DNA of 63,263 bases, filler included, from Octopus bimaculoides (taxonomy: Eukaryota), in the NCBI RefSeq assembly GCF_001194135.2. It is 7 parts of 6 records of this genome, joined end to end, with 100 filler letters (N's around TTAATTAATTAA, not from the genome) between each part and the next. Parts side by side here need not be neighbours in the genome. Positions count along the whole stretch, not along the records: positions 1 to 15,883 come from NC_068987.1; positions 15,984 to 18,056 come from NC_068993.1; positions 18,157 to 20,921 come from NC_069010.1; positions 21,022 to 32,471 come from NC_068987.1; 3 more parts are not named here. One strand, given 5' to 3'. The notes beneath the pieces are model-generated. The model did no database searches and was not told where the DNA came from. It saw only the letters and a list, made by a program, of their open reading frames with translations. Below, one piece after another: positions 9,807 to 21,604 of the stretch; position 1 is the stretch's first letter; each line of letters opens with the position of its first letter. A program made the translations under genes and the position numbers.

Positions 9807-11864
9807 CAGAGGTATGCACTGTTAATTGTAAAAATTAACACTGTTAATTGTTAATCTGTTAATTCTTTGAAAATGTAATGGAGGTTAACGTTAACTTTTA
9901 TTGAAGAAAGGCATAACTACAGTTTAATACCCCACCGACTTTGTTGTCTCATAACTTTCAAAATATAGATATTTGGTAACAAAACTTTCACCAAATAATC
10001 GCTTATATCCTGTAGATTGAGTGTATGTAAAGATTTGTTGGAAAAAGTTTTCCAAGGGGTTGGAGAGAGGAGTTTCGAAAAATTCACAAGACCCAACATT
10101 TTCTCCCGCATAACTTTCTGCAAAATAGGTATTTTTTAATGAAACTTTGTACAAATACCTTTTAAATGGTGTAGATTGTGATTACAAAGAAATTTATAGG
10201 AAAAATTTGTGGGAGGGGGCATGGGGGAGGAGTTTCTGGAAAACGGATATTCAGATTAGGCAGCCCACATAAGTTAGAATNNNNNNNNNNNNNNNNNNNN
10301 NNNNNNNNNNNNNNNNNNNNNNNNNNNNNNNNNNNNNNNNNNNNNNNNNNNNNNNNNNNNNNNNNNNNNNNNNNNNNNNNNNNNNNNNNNNNNNNNNNNN
10401 NNNNNNNNNNNNNNNNNNNNNNNNNNNNNNNNNNNNNNNNNNNNNNNNNNNNNNNNNNNNNNNNNNNNNNNNNNNNNNNNNNNNNNNNNNNNNNNNNNNN
10501 NNNNNNNNNNNNNNNNNNNNNNNNNNNNNNNNNNNNNNNNNNNNNNNNNNNNNNNNNNNNNNNNNNNNNNNNNNNNNNNNNNNNNNNNNNNNNNNNNNNN
10601 NNNNNNNNNNNNNNNNNNNNNNNNNNNNNNNNNNNNNNNNNNNNNNNNNNNNNNNNNNNNNNNNNNNNNNNNNNNNNNNNNNNNNNNNNNNNNNNNNNNN
10701 NNNNNNNNNNNNNNNNCAGGTTCAAGAGGGGTGGCCACAATATTTGCTTGTAACTTTGTAAATTTTTTACATACAGATTTGAAATTTTGTCAGTGGGTGC
10801 TTTATATACCACTGGTTATGTAATTTTAGCTGATCTTATTGAATAAATTTGACTTTTTTGGGCAGGTAAATTTAATTAACAGGTGTAATTAATATAAACA
10901 CTAAAATTGAAATTCTTAATGCATCTTATCTGTTTTATTTGTTACTAAAATTATCCCAGATGTCAATCAACAAAATTTTGCCACTTTTCAAGATGAGGTA
11001 CATTAATTTGAATTAATTAAAATACAGTTATAATCAGTACAAGATTTTATTCTTTCAATGAATATTTCGTACCTCAGTGTGGAATAATTTTTTCCAGTAT
11101 TTTTCAGGTGCATTCAACATATATGACCTCCAAACCCACCGCAACCACATTTTTCTAGAAAAGAAAGGTGGGAGGGGTGGTGTTGACCTCGAAATTTCCC
11201 ATCAAAGGAGTTTCGTTTTGCGGGTCTTTTTTTCATTACTAGGTTATTTTACATGCTTTCAAAGAATGTGACATCGGAATCACACATAAACGGCTCCTTT
11301 TTCCAGAAAAGGCAAGATTTAGCTGTTATTTTCAACATGTCCTGCTACCACGTAACAGCTACTTGTGTTCACACCGAAATATTTACCAACTTTTTTACTT
11401 CCATTTATTTTTTTCCATTTTATGGAAGTCAATATTTTCTCTGTTGACATCCACCTCAGTTACTTTTGCTTTTTTCCCAGTTCTGTGCTTTCTGGAAGAA
11501 AAGCCCTCCCATTATCTCAAAGCTATGAGAATTCACTAACGTGATTCGTTTATTTTTTCAAGAGATTTCATAGAGGAATTAGATACAACGTGTTTTGGCC
11601 GATGTAAACACTAAAGGGTTAAAAAGTGCCAAAACTATAAAATCAATATGCTAAGACAATCTGTAAACAATAGAAACTTTTAAATGTTTACCGGTTTTTA
11701 TGAAATTTTGGGTTAATGGACTTTAGTTAACAGAAGCTAAATGTAATGGAAGTTAATTAGTCCAATAATGATTTTCAAAGTTAACTTATAAGTTAAATTG
11801 TTAACAAAAATGTTAACTTTGTTAATTAACGACCAACGGATTAATGGACTTATGCCCAGCTCTG
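9807..11864. mobile_element. Non-autonomous hAT-like DNA transposon
   Basis: Imperfect termini CAGAGGTATGCA / CAGAGCTGGGCA (reverse complement), GTTAAC/GTTAAT subterminal repeat clusters at both ends, and 8-bp flanking repeat CATACATA at 9799-9806 and 11865-11872. Contains a gap. Confidence 0.65.
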
Positions 11865-12153
11865 CATACATATATACATATATGAGGGATTTTGTACAGT
11901 TTCCATCTATCAGATTCACTTACATGGCCCAGGACTATATTTGAAGACGCTTGACTAAGAAGAGGTGTGATGGGACTAAACAAAAAATATTTCTTATCTA
12001 CACAACTTTGCAGAAATAAAAGAGCCATGAGCTGGTAGATTCATTAGCATGTCGGACCAAACGCTTAGCAGTATGCCTTCTGACTCATTACGCTCAGAGT
12101 TCAAATCCTGGCAAGTTCAACTTTGCCTTTCAACCTTTCAAGGTGTATAAGAT

Positions 12154-12302
12154 CACTAACATAACTAGAGTGTACAGATGGGGTGCACACCAGGAAGCAC
12201 CACATTTGGGTCTGTTGTAGGTGATATGTAGTTTTTGTGGAGTCTTGGGTGCTGCAAACTGAAGGGCCGCCCTAGGCAGCACACACTCTAGTTACGCTAG
12301 TG
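12154..12302. mobile_element. 149-bp hAT-type MITE inserted in a family B SINE
   Basis: TIRs cactaacataactagagtgt / acactctagttacgctagtg. 8-bp TSD TATAAGAT at 12146-12153 and 12303-12310. Confidence 0.85.
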
Positions 12303-12987
12303 TATAAGATAAGTACCAGCTCAGCACTAGGGCCAATATAATCATCTTACTCAGCTCCCTTAAAAATTGCTGGCCTTGTGCCAAAATTTGAAACTAATGG
12401 TGTCAAACTGGTAGAATTATTGATACGTTGGGTGAAATGCTTAATGGCATTTCTTATGGCTTTGCATTCTGAGTTCAAATTCTGCTGAGGTCAACTTTGC
12501 CTTTTCATCTTTTTGGGGTCAATAAAAGAAGTACCAGTTGAGTACAGGGATTGATGTAATCAACTAGCTCCCTTCTCCCAAAATTTCAGGCCTTGTGCCT
12601 TATAGCAGGAAGAAAAAAAACCTCATATGAACATATTTATCAATTTATTTACAAACATACATTACAATTTATGATATTATTGGTCAAATGTCTATAACGA
12701 ACTGACCACTTGTTCACTGCAGTTTTAATGGTGTGAGTAACAAGGGAACACCTGTAATTTAGTGGACTTCATTCAAAGAACACTGGATTTTCCCCATTGT
12801 TTACATGCTTTGCCAATATAAGGCCAAAAATATAAATGTGCATGAACAGCCTCTAAACTTCACCATTAATTTATGGACACAAATCACAGGAAAATTGAAA
12901 AATTTAGTCTTATCCTTAAAAGGTAGACTACAAGGAGTGAGTATGACCTCTATGTGTTTTCTCAGCTTGCTAGAAATAATAGCCTAA

Positions 12988-14232
12988 TCAACCACAAATC
13001 ACACCCTTTAGTTTTGAAAAGCATCTATCTAAGTTAACCCTCAGGACGCCCCAAGACTGTTTCCACACTTCCCATTCATCTCTACCTTCCATAATGATCC
13101 TCAGCTCCTGTACCCTTTCCATACCAGTATCCTCCAGCAAATTGTCGATACAGGTCATCTTCCGCCTTCCTCTCCTGGTTCTTCCATCCATTGGCTGCTA
13201 GAACACTAGCTTGTTAGCAATTTCATAGGTGTGTCTGATGCAGTGTCCAGTTAGCCTCATTCTTCTTTGCTGTATCTTCAATATTACTTTTGGTAGTCCC
13301 TGATATAAGTTGGTGTTTCTTGTATGACTCTTCCAGGAGACATTGAGTGCCATTCTAAGCATCCTTGTCTAACAACCGTCCAACTGCTTCTTCAATGCTT
13401 TAGTGAGCCTCCATGTTTCAGCCCCACATAGAACTGATTCCACTGTTGCCAGAAATAACCTCACTTTCAATTTCCTTGCTAACTTTGAACTCCATACCTT
13501 TCTCAATTTATGGCATGTGCTCCAGGCAAGAGCTTTCTTTGCTAAAATGTCTTTCTCCGTACTTTGTGTCTGTGCACAAAGGTATTTAAAATTTTCAACT
13601 ACCTTCAACGACTTACCGTCTCTCACTTTCACTGACACATGCATTTCGTGGTTGAATACTTGCAGCTCTGTTTTCTTTGTGTTACAGTACAATCCTACCT
13701 TCCCCGATTCCTGCTCTAATTTGCTCAGCACCTCCTGTGCCTGATCTACCCTCTCTGTTAGTAATGTCAGGTCATCAGCTTAGTCTAGGTCAGTTACTGT
13801 TACTGCTTGATGCTGTTTACTTTTTTGTCTATGCAGTTTGAATCCCAGTTCTTCTTCCTTCCCCTTGTACTTTCTATGCATTACATAGCCCAGAGTGATG
13901 GCGAAGAGATAAGGTGCTAGCCTGTCACCTTGTAATACTCTGGCTTTGACTTCAAAATATTCCGTCTCTCCGTCAGGAGTGATCACTTTGGCTCTGGTGT
14001 TCTCATACAGCTTACTTATTGCTCTCAGAATTCTTGGTGGAATCTCATGCTTTAAGTATCTTCATCATCATTCATCTATGTACTGAATCAAAAGCATTTT
14101 TAAAGTCTACATAGATAATGATAGCCTTCCTGTTATGGCTCTTAACACCCTCTATCAGTCTTCAAAGTGCAACAATGTGAGATGTTGTTGACCGTCCTGA
14201 TCTGAATCCATTTTGATTTGGTTGCAATTGTG
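12988..14232 (-). mobile_element. RTE-clade LINE, 5'-truncated RT fragment
   Basis: 'QNGFRSGRSTT..IVAL', 'YVDFKNAFDSVHR', 'VLQGDRLAPYLF', 'LFLATVESVL.GAETW' and 'GCYTRMLRMALNVSW', with stops and frameshifts. Confidence 0.92.
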
Positions 14233-14334
14233 TTGACCCCTTTAGTGGATTTTTAGCCCATTAATTTAATATAATGTTCGATCATTCTTCAATAGCTGTT
14301 AGAATCAATCCACTGAGGAACAACAATGACTCGT

Positions 14335-14568
14335 GTGAGATTGTGATGGAAGTTCCACGGTGAAAAAATAAATTAAACAGTGTTTCAACTTTGCGTGAGT
14401 ATATGTGTGTGTCTGTAAAAGGGAGCCATGTGAATGTTTGTGTGTGCGTGCGTGTGTGTATGTGCAATGGAAGTGGGATGGTGAACATTCAATGCTGAAA
14501 AGAAAAGTCAAACAGTGTTTCAACTCTGCGTGAGTATATGTGTGTGTGTGTAAAAGGGAGTCATGTGA

Positions 14569-14606
<38 letters not shown>

Positions 14607-14725
14607 AATAGAAGTGGGATGGTGAACATTCAACACTGAAAAGAAAAATCAAACAGTGTTTCAACTCTGTGTGAATATATCTATGTGTGCGCGTGTGCAA
14701 GGGAAGTATGTGAATGTTTGTATCT
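14335..14725 (+). repeat. Tandem minisatellite, about 3 units of 135-141 bp with embedded (GT)n
   Basis: Anchor AAACAGTGTTTCAACT at 14375, 14510 and 14651. Confidence 0.9.
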
Positions 14726-14780
14726 GTGATTATTATGTAACTTATTTTGTACTTTATTTATATATAAAATACTACAATTA

Positions 14781-14812
14781 GCCGTCATTTTTGATGGCAC
14801 GGGGCCAGCTAG
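14781..14812 (+). mobile_element. Helitron 3' terminus
   Basis: Hairpin gccgtca-tttt-tgatggc (14781-14798), 10-nt spacer, CTAG (14809-14812), then T. Confidence 0.6.
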
Positions 14813-15883
14813 TACATAATAAACCAACAACAGCAGTTTTATAGTCATAATATACCAGGAGGATAACCTATATCACTACACTGACCTAATTAGTTTCACT
14901 CTTTCAGTAACATGCATGATTGAACGAAAGGAAAAAGGGACTATGAAAAAAAATATGTAAAAAATGAAAATAAAAGCAAAGGGATGACGGGGAAGAGTGT
15001 GAGGTGACAGCTTATGATCATGTTATTTAGCTCTCTGCTTTGTCCCCTCTTTTATTTTCTTTGAGCAACACAAATACAAAAACACAAATATACATGTCCT
15101 CCCCACACTTCTCTTTCAACTCAGCTGAACATGCAGGAATTAAGCCTTCAGCTGAAAACTGTTATCAATTCAACAAAACTTGTTTTAGCTTTAGTAAAAC
15201 AATGCCATAGGATATCTTTTCAAAGAGGATTTCTTTTCTTGACAAAAAGAGTAATATAGTGGAGTGGAGTGGAGATGCATAACCTAGTGGTTAGGGTGTT
15301 ACACTCACGATCACATCACGAGATCGTGGTTTCAATTTCTAGACAGAGTGGTGTGTTGTGTTCTGGAACAAAACACATCTCACGTTGTTCTGCGGTCACT
15401 TCGACACCTGATGCTCAGCACACCATCGACACCCAAGGATTGTCCATTCAACCAAAATGATCGGTATCAACAACTTTGAGAAGCCCTGGTGAAGACTATA
15501 TTTAAAATAGCGGGAAAAAATCTTATAACACAACAAAGCTGGCTCTACATGGTTGCTCGAACTGCTAGGAATAGCAGCGAAATCTCCCCTTTGAAATTGA
15601 GCCTGAATAAAACTAAATACGAGGGGGTCACAGCTGGAATGCTAGATCAGGATTGATTTGGGGCTAAACAACAACAATAACAAACAGGGAGCTTCTCCTT
15701 AGATGCTCGATCTGCTAGAAATAACAAAGTTCCTTGAAAACGCAGCGGAGGTAAAGATCATGAACCGCACCCACTTTGGGATTTTTTCTTTTTTTTTTTA
15801 GACAAACACACTATATCGAGGGTGGAGATTCCGAATCTGCAAAAAAATCTGCATTTCAAAATTTAAATTCCACCCCCTCCTCA

Positions 15884-15983
15884 NNNNNNNNNNNNNNNNN
15901 NNNNNNNNNNNNNNNNNNNNNNNNNNNTTAATTAATTAANNNNNNNNNNNNNNNNNNNNNNNNNNNNNNNNNNNNNNNNNNNN
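15884..15983. other. Assembly placeholder: 44 N + TTAATTAATTAA + 44 N
   Basis: Identical 100-bp structure six times, with the linker at 15928, 18101, 20966, 32516, 45890 and 52759. The linker gives stops in all six frames. Confidence 0.95.
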
Positions 15984-17024
15984 GGTGGTGGTGGCATTGA
16001 TGGTGGTGGCACAGGTAGTTGTGGCACTGGTGGTGGTGGTGGTGGTGGTGGCATTGATGGTGGTGGCGCTGGTGGCACTGGTGATGGTGGCACTTTGATG
16101 GTGGCACAGGTAACGGTAGTAGCGTTAGTAAAGGGTCGTCCTAATGGTAAGCGTGATGCTAGGAATGGTAGTGTGGTCGCAGTTGCTGTGGTGGCGGTTG
16201 TAGTGCTGGTGGTCGTATTGTTAGTGAAAGCAATGATAATGGTAGCGAAGGTGAAATCATAGTGGTGGTGGTGACCGTGAGGGTGATGGGGACAGTGTTG
16301 GTGGTGATGGTGATGATGTTGGTGTCAGTAATTCTGGTGGTGGTGTTTCATAATAACGCGTTCATCTGTTGATATTTGGATTATTTTCTTTTTCTGATTT
16401 CGTTTGTGGTATATTTATTGTATTGCATTTCATATTCTGTCTTATGGAGGGATGGGGGTGGTATATACTTTTATTGTTGTTTTGTTGTGGTAGTGGTGGG
16501 GACTTACTGGAAGTGTGGCTGTATCTACAGTTTTTTGTTCTTTTGTTTCTTTTTGCTGTTGTAATTGTAATTAAATTAGATATAGTTGTCATGGCAATTG
16601 TTTTTCTTTTGACACTTGATTTTTTTTTTTGCGGTTGGAACTCTTCTGAGTATTGTTATAGTACTGATGCTGCTGATGCTGTCGTTTATGTTTTTATTTT
16701 TGTTATTGATGTTGATATTGTTGTTGTTATTGTTGATATAGACTTCACTACTGTAGGTTTTCGTTGATGTTACTGTTATTGTGGTTATTGTTGTTCTTGT
16801 CATTACATTTACATCTGCTGCTGCTGCTGCTGCTGCTGTCATTGTTCTTGTTGTTGTCGTTGTTGTTGATATTGTTATTATTGTTCCTTTTGTTGTTGTG
16901 TCTATATATCATAACCAGTTGCCATTTCATAAACTGAACAAAGCTTTATGAGTCTGCTTCAAAGCAACAACAACAATGACACCAACGACGGCAAAAAAAA
17001 ACACAAACTACTACTACTACTACA

Positions 17025-17080
<56 letters not shown>

Positions 17081-17613
17081 TACTACCACTACCACAAAGT
17101 TAATAATAACAATAGCTTATCCAGCTTTTATATTACCGAGGGTTGTTTTGTAAGTAATGAAAATTGAATGAAGATATACAGTTTTAATTAGGTAATACAT
17201 TAAAAACTGATGGGAATAATAATGATGGGGGAGGGAGAGGAGGAGGAGGAGGAGAGGAGAGGGAAATTGATGGCGATGATGGCTTTTGTGAGATGATGAT
17301 GACGACGGGTGATGATGACAGGCGACGTCAATGATGATAACGAGGAAGTGGACGAAGGGAGGATGGGGAGGAGGAAGAGCGGGAAGTGGAGGAGGGAGGA
17401 GGAGGCAGAGAGAAAGGCAGAGGGGAAAGGAAGTGGAGGAGATGGACATGGAAGACGAGGAAGATGGCCATGATCATGACGTAACTGAAACAAGAGCTAA
17501 TTAGTCTCCTCCTCCTCCTCCTCCTCCTCTTCTTCTTCTTCTTCATCTTCTTGCTCATGTTCTTCTTGTTCTTCTTCCTCCTCCTCCTCCTCCTCCTCCT
17601 CCTCCTCCTACTC

Positions 17614-17657
<44 letters not shown>
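15984..17657. repeat. Mosaic of trinucleotide repeats (GGT, TTG, CTG, TAC, GAG, GAT, CTC)
   Basis: Directly visible low-complexity tracts. Overlapping ORFs are homopolymeric. Confidence 0.9.
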
Positions 17658-17658
<1 letters not shown>

Positions 17659-17786
17659 CCGTCAACACCTTATACATCCACAACCAAGAATATTGGTTAT
17701 TGGCAATAATAATAAATAGGAATATATCTAAAACAAATATACCATTTCTATTTGCAAAGATGTCTTACATTGGATATGTATATACG

Positions 17787-17817
<31 letters not shown>

Positions 17818-18247
17818 GTATGTATGCATGTATGCATGTATGCATGTATGTATGCACGTATGAATGTATGCATGTATGTATGTATGCATGTATGTATGCA
17901 TGCATGTATGTATGCATACATGTATGTGTTGGTATGTCTACGTTAATGTATGACTATAAAGGTTTTTATTGAATCAGCCTATGTCTGTGAATATTCCCCT
18001 GAATATGTTTGTGCATATGCATACAGTTTTCTCTTTATATATGTGTGTATATATATNNNNNNNNNNNNNNNNNNNNNNNNNNNNNNNNNNNNNNNNNNNN
18101 TTAATTAATTAANNNNNNNNNNNNNNNNNNNNNNNNNNNNNNNNNNNNNNNNNNNNTATATATATATATATATATGTATGTGTCAGACAATGCTTCATGC
18201 AAACTATACTACTTGTATTTGTGTATTTCTTGCTTTTCTATCTTCAG

Positions 18248-18359
18248 GCAAAGAAGAAGTCCATTCCACCACTTTCTCATACACCAAGTCTTAGCCTTTC
18301 AACTCTAAATTCTTCATATGATTCCCAAACAGAAGACGAGGCCATGCTGGAGCACGTGG
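18248..18359 (+). CDS. Internal coding exon (phase 0 to 1) of a putative CENPJ/SAS-4-like gene
   Basis: Acceptor ttttctatcttcag, donor gtatgt. Encodes AKKKSIPPLSHTPSLSLSTLNSSYDSQTEDEAMLEHV. Phase matches the next exon. Confidence 0.65.
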
Positions 18360-18786
18360 GTATGTTGCGTCACACATTTCTCCTTCTTACTTTCTTCTTC
18401 TTCTTGTCACCCTTTTTGTTTTTCTTTCTCGCTGTTTTTCTTCTCTACCTGCCGGCGCAATCACTTGTGTCAACATCGTCATCATCATCACCACCACCTC
18501 CATCACAAACCTCTACCACCACTATCATCATCAACATTATCATCATCATCATCATCACTATCACCATCATCATCATCATCACCTATGTCATCACATGACT
18601 ACCACATAACACCACCATCACCATCTCTACACTACCAGCATGAACACACCACTACCACTACCTTCACCACCCACACTACACCCCCGACATCCACCACTGC
18701 TGCATAACCACTACTCTACTACCACCCCTACCATCCCTCTTATGTTCCTCTCACTCTCACTCACCTTCCTCCTTCTCCTCCTCCAG

Positions 18787-18997
18787 AGGTTGTCAGAAAT
18801 GGAACATTGCCGTCATCGTCGAAAAATGACCCTCACTCCAGAAGACGGAGACAGCAGCCAGGATTGAACCAGCACCAACACCACTCACAGCAGCAGCAGC
18901 AGCAGCAAGCCAATGAAGCATCATCCAATAAAGCACCGCGTTCCTCCTCAGAGGCGTTACCAAGGCGACCGAATGTTACTTCAGCAGCACCCCAAGA
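18787..18997 (+). CDS. Internal coding exon (phase 1 to 2), Q/S-rich, same gene
   Basis: Long pyrimidine tract plus cag, donor gtaagg. Encodes (E)VVRNGTLPSSSKNDPHSRRRRQQPGLNQHQHHSQQQQQQQANE...AAPQ. Both junctions are in frame. Confidence 0.7.
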
Positions 18998-19684
18998 GTA
19001 AGGGCTGACTTTTCTGCTCCCATTTCATTTTCACCAGCATTTTGTAGTAGTAGTGGTGGTAGTTATTCTAGTAGTAGTGGTAATTGTAGTGGTAGTAGTT
19101 AAGTTGGTAGTAGTTCAAGTTGTGGTGGTAGTAAGTTGTTGTAGATCTTATGTAGTTGTAGTTGCTTGTTTATGACTTCTGTCATTTTAGAAATTATAGA
19201 GAAAGCAAAACAACAACAAAAAACTCTCAGTACACATGTAGCAGTGTGGTAACCAAGCTTGCTTCCCTACCATGTGGTCTTGCGTTTTGTCTCACCACAT
19301 AGCACCTTGGGCAGAAGGTCTTCAACTGCAGACCCAAACCATATGAATGAAAGAATACTCCCAGTGGGTCACAAATAGTCTAGGATGTGTTTGTGTGTGT
19401 GTGTATGTATGAAGAGGCATGTCAAAAGAGTTCATACTGTGGCACCAGTTCCTTGTGGCAGCTAGCGCAGTTGTGCCTTATGCAATAGAATGTGCATCAT
19501 TTGCCAGGCTCAAGAGTTATGTATGTGTATATATATATATAATATTTATGTATGTACATGCGTATGTATATGTGTGTACATATTTATGTATATATATGTA
19601 TTCATGTATATATATGTATGTAAAATTGAAGAGATTAGTGTCAAGAAGAAGGAATACATTATTATTCACTACAATTCTTTAAAG

Positions 19685-20184
19685 TAGACCTCACACATGG
19701 TTCCAGCAAGATGGGGCAACTGCTCATACCACAAGAGAAGCAATATAGTTGCTACGGAAGTGCATTGGCGGGAGAATAATCTCCTGCTACAGCAATGTCA
19801 ACTGGTCTTCATTTTCATCAGACTTGACTAGCACAGATTTTTATTTGTGGGGATACCTGAAAGAGAGGGTTTACATCAACAAACCAGAGACCCTGGTGCA
19901 ACTGAAGGAGAACATCAGTAGAGAAAACAGAGAAGTGGGGCCCAAAACTCTTGAGGGTGTTATGGTGCAAGTTTTGGAAAGAGCACAGGTGTGCAAAGCC
20001 GAAAATGGCTGCCATTTAAGTGATGTCATTTTTCAGATGTGATATAGTGGTGTTGCAAAATTTGACTTGTGCATATTAATTTCCATTATGTCCTTTATAT
20101 TGTATCAAAATTTCATGCATTCATTTGTAACGTTAAGGAAGTTATTAAAAATTGAAACCCATCAGTGACTTTTGGGACACCCTG
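19685..20184 (+). mobile_element. Tc1/mariner transposase 3' fragment with right TIR
   Basis: 'WFQQDGATAHT...SSDLTSTDFYLWGYLKERVY..KPETL.QLK'. Ends gacttttgggacaccctg followed by TA (20185-20186). Confidence 0.9.
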
Positions 20185-20446
20185 TATATGTAAGTGTATG
20201 TGTTTGTGTATGTGTGTCCCACCACTGCATGACACCCAGTGTTGGTTTGTTTACATCTGCATAACTTAGTAGTTCAGCAAAAGAGTCTGATAGAATAAGT
20301 ACCGAGCTCAAAAGAAATTAAGCGCTGGGGCTCAATTTATCTGATTAAAACCCTTCAAGATGGTATCCCAGTTTGGTCACTGTCCCAAAACTGATATAAA
20401 TAAAAGATTAAAAAATGTCTTTTTTTTTTTTTTGGTTCTTATATAG

Positions 20447-20645
20447 TTTGAGTGTTACTTCAAAAATGGACTTCAACAGAAACCATTTGTTGCATGAAGA
20501 GGAAGTTGAAAGAGAAGAAGAGAAGACCAAGAACAAGAAGAAGAATGACAGCGGCAACAAGAACAAGACAAAGAAGATTTCACTGAAGCATCCTGGGATT
20601 GTTAAGGGGAATGTTCTAGAAAAGATGCAACACCCAGATGGGAAG
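20447..20645 (+). CDS. CENPJ: Coding exon (phase 2 to 0) ending at the start of a CENPJ/SAS-4/CPAP TCP10 (G-box) domain
   Basis: Poly-T tract plus tag acceptor, donor gtgaga. Encodes an acidic/basic stretch then 'KGNVLEKMQHPDGK', comparable to the recalled human CENPJ 'IQGEISHPDGK|VEKV'. The assignment rests on a short motif. Confidence 0.6.
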
Positions 20646-21483
20646 GTGAGATTCATTTTTTTTTTTTGACCAAAATAATGTTGTGTGTATCTGTGTGTTC
20701 ACACACACACACACATATATATATATATGTATGTGTGTGTGGAGGTGCAATGGCCTAGTGGTTAGGGCAGCGGACTCACGGTCATAGGATCGTGGTTTCA
20801 ATTCCCAGACCGGGCATCGTGAGTGTTTATTGAGAGAAAACACCTAAAAGCTCCACGAGACTCCGGTAGGGGGTGGTGGCAAACCCTGCTGTACTCTTTC
20901 ACCGTGGAGGTGCAATGGCCCNNNNNNNNNNNNNNNNNNNNNNNNNNNNNNNNNNNNNNNNNNNNTTAATTAATTAANNNNNNNNNNNNNNNNNNNNNNN
21001 NNNNNNNNNNNNNNNNNNNNNCAAAATAGACCGATAGAATAAGTACTAGGCTTACAACGAATAAGTCCTAGGGTCGATTAGCTCGACTAAAAAGGCGGTG
21101 CTCCAGCATGGCCGCAGTCAAATGACTGAAACAAGTAAAAGAGTAAAAGCGTATATCAAGTATAAGGGATCGGTGGTATTGGTTAGTCCTTCTTTTAAAA
21201 ATGCTGACTTTGAACCTAAATAAGACACCTTTATGAACGGGAACGTTTCGTTTCGTCTGTCTTTACATGTTTTTTTTTTTTAGTTCAATTCCGCCGAGGT
21301 CGACCTTGTAGCAGTCGTGTACTGCAGTCGGGGTAATCGACTGCTCCACCACACAGCTCTCTTAAAAATTACTGACCTTGTGCCAAAAATTAAGACCATT
21401 ATTAATGAGAACGTTGACTCTAGTTATAAATCATTTGCTAGTAGTAGCAGGGGTGGTGGTGGCGGCAGTAGTATTAGTATTAC

Positions 21484-21528
<45 letters not shown>

Positions 21529-21561
21529 TATTACTATTATTATTATTATTATTATTATTAT

Positions 21562-21604
<43 letters not shown>

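Noticed and set aside
14335-14725. Repeat-spacer appearance suggestive of a CRISPR array
   Set aside because: The units are homologous along their whole length, the context is eukaryotic, and there are no cas genes.
15928-15939. Recurrent TTAATTAATTAA palindrome as a biological repeat or regularly spaced array
   Set aside because: It is always centred in exactly 100 bp of N, which marks it as an artificial linker.
16362-17558. Many ORFs rich in poly-Y, poly-N, poly-R and poly-S
   Set aside because: They are translations of trinucleotide microsatellites, open in several frames, with no domain content.
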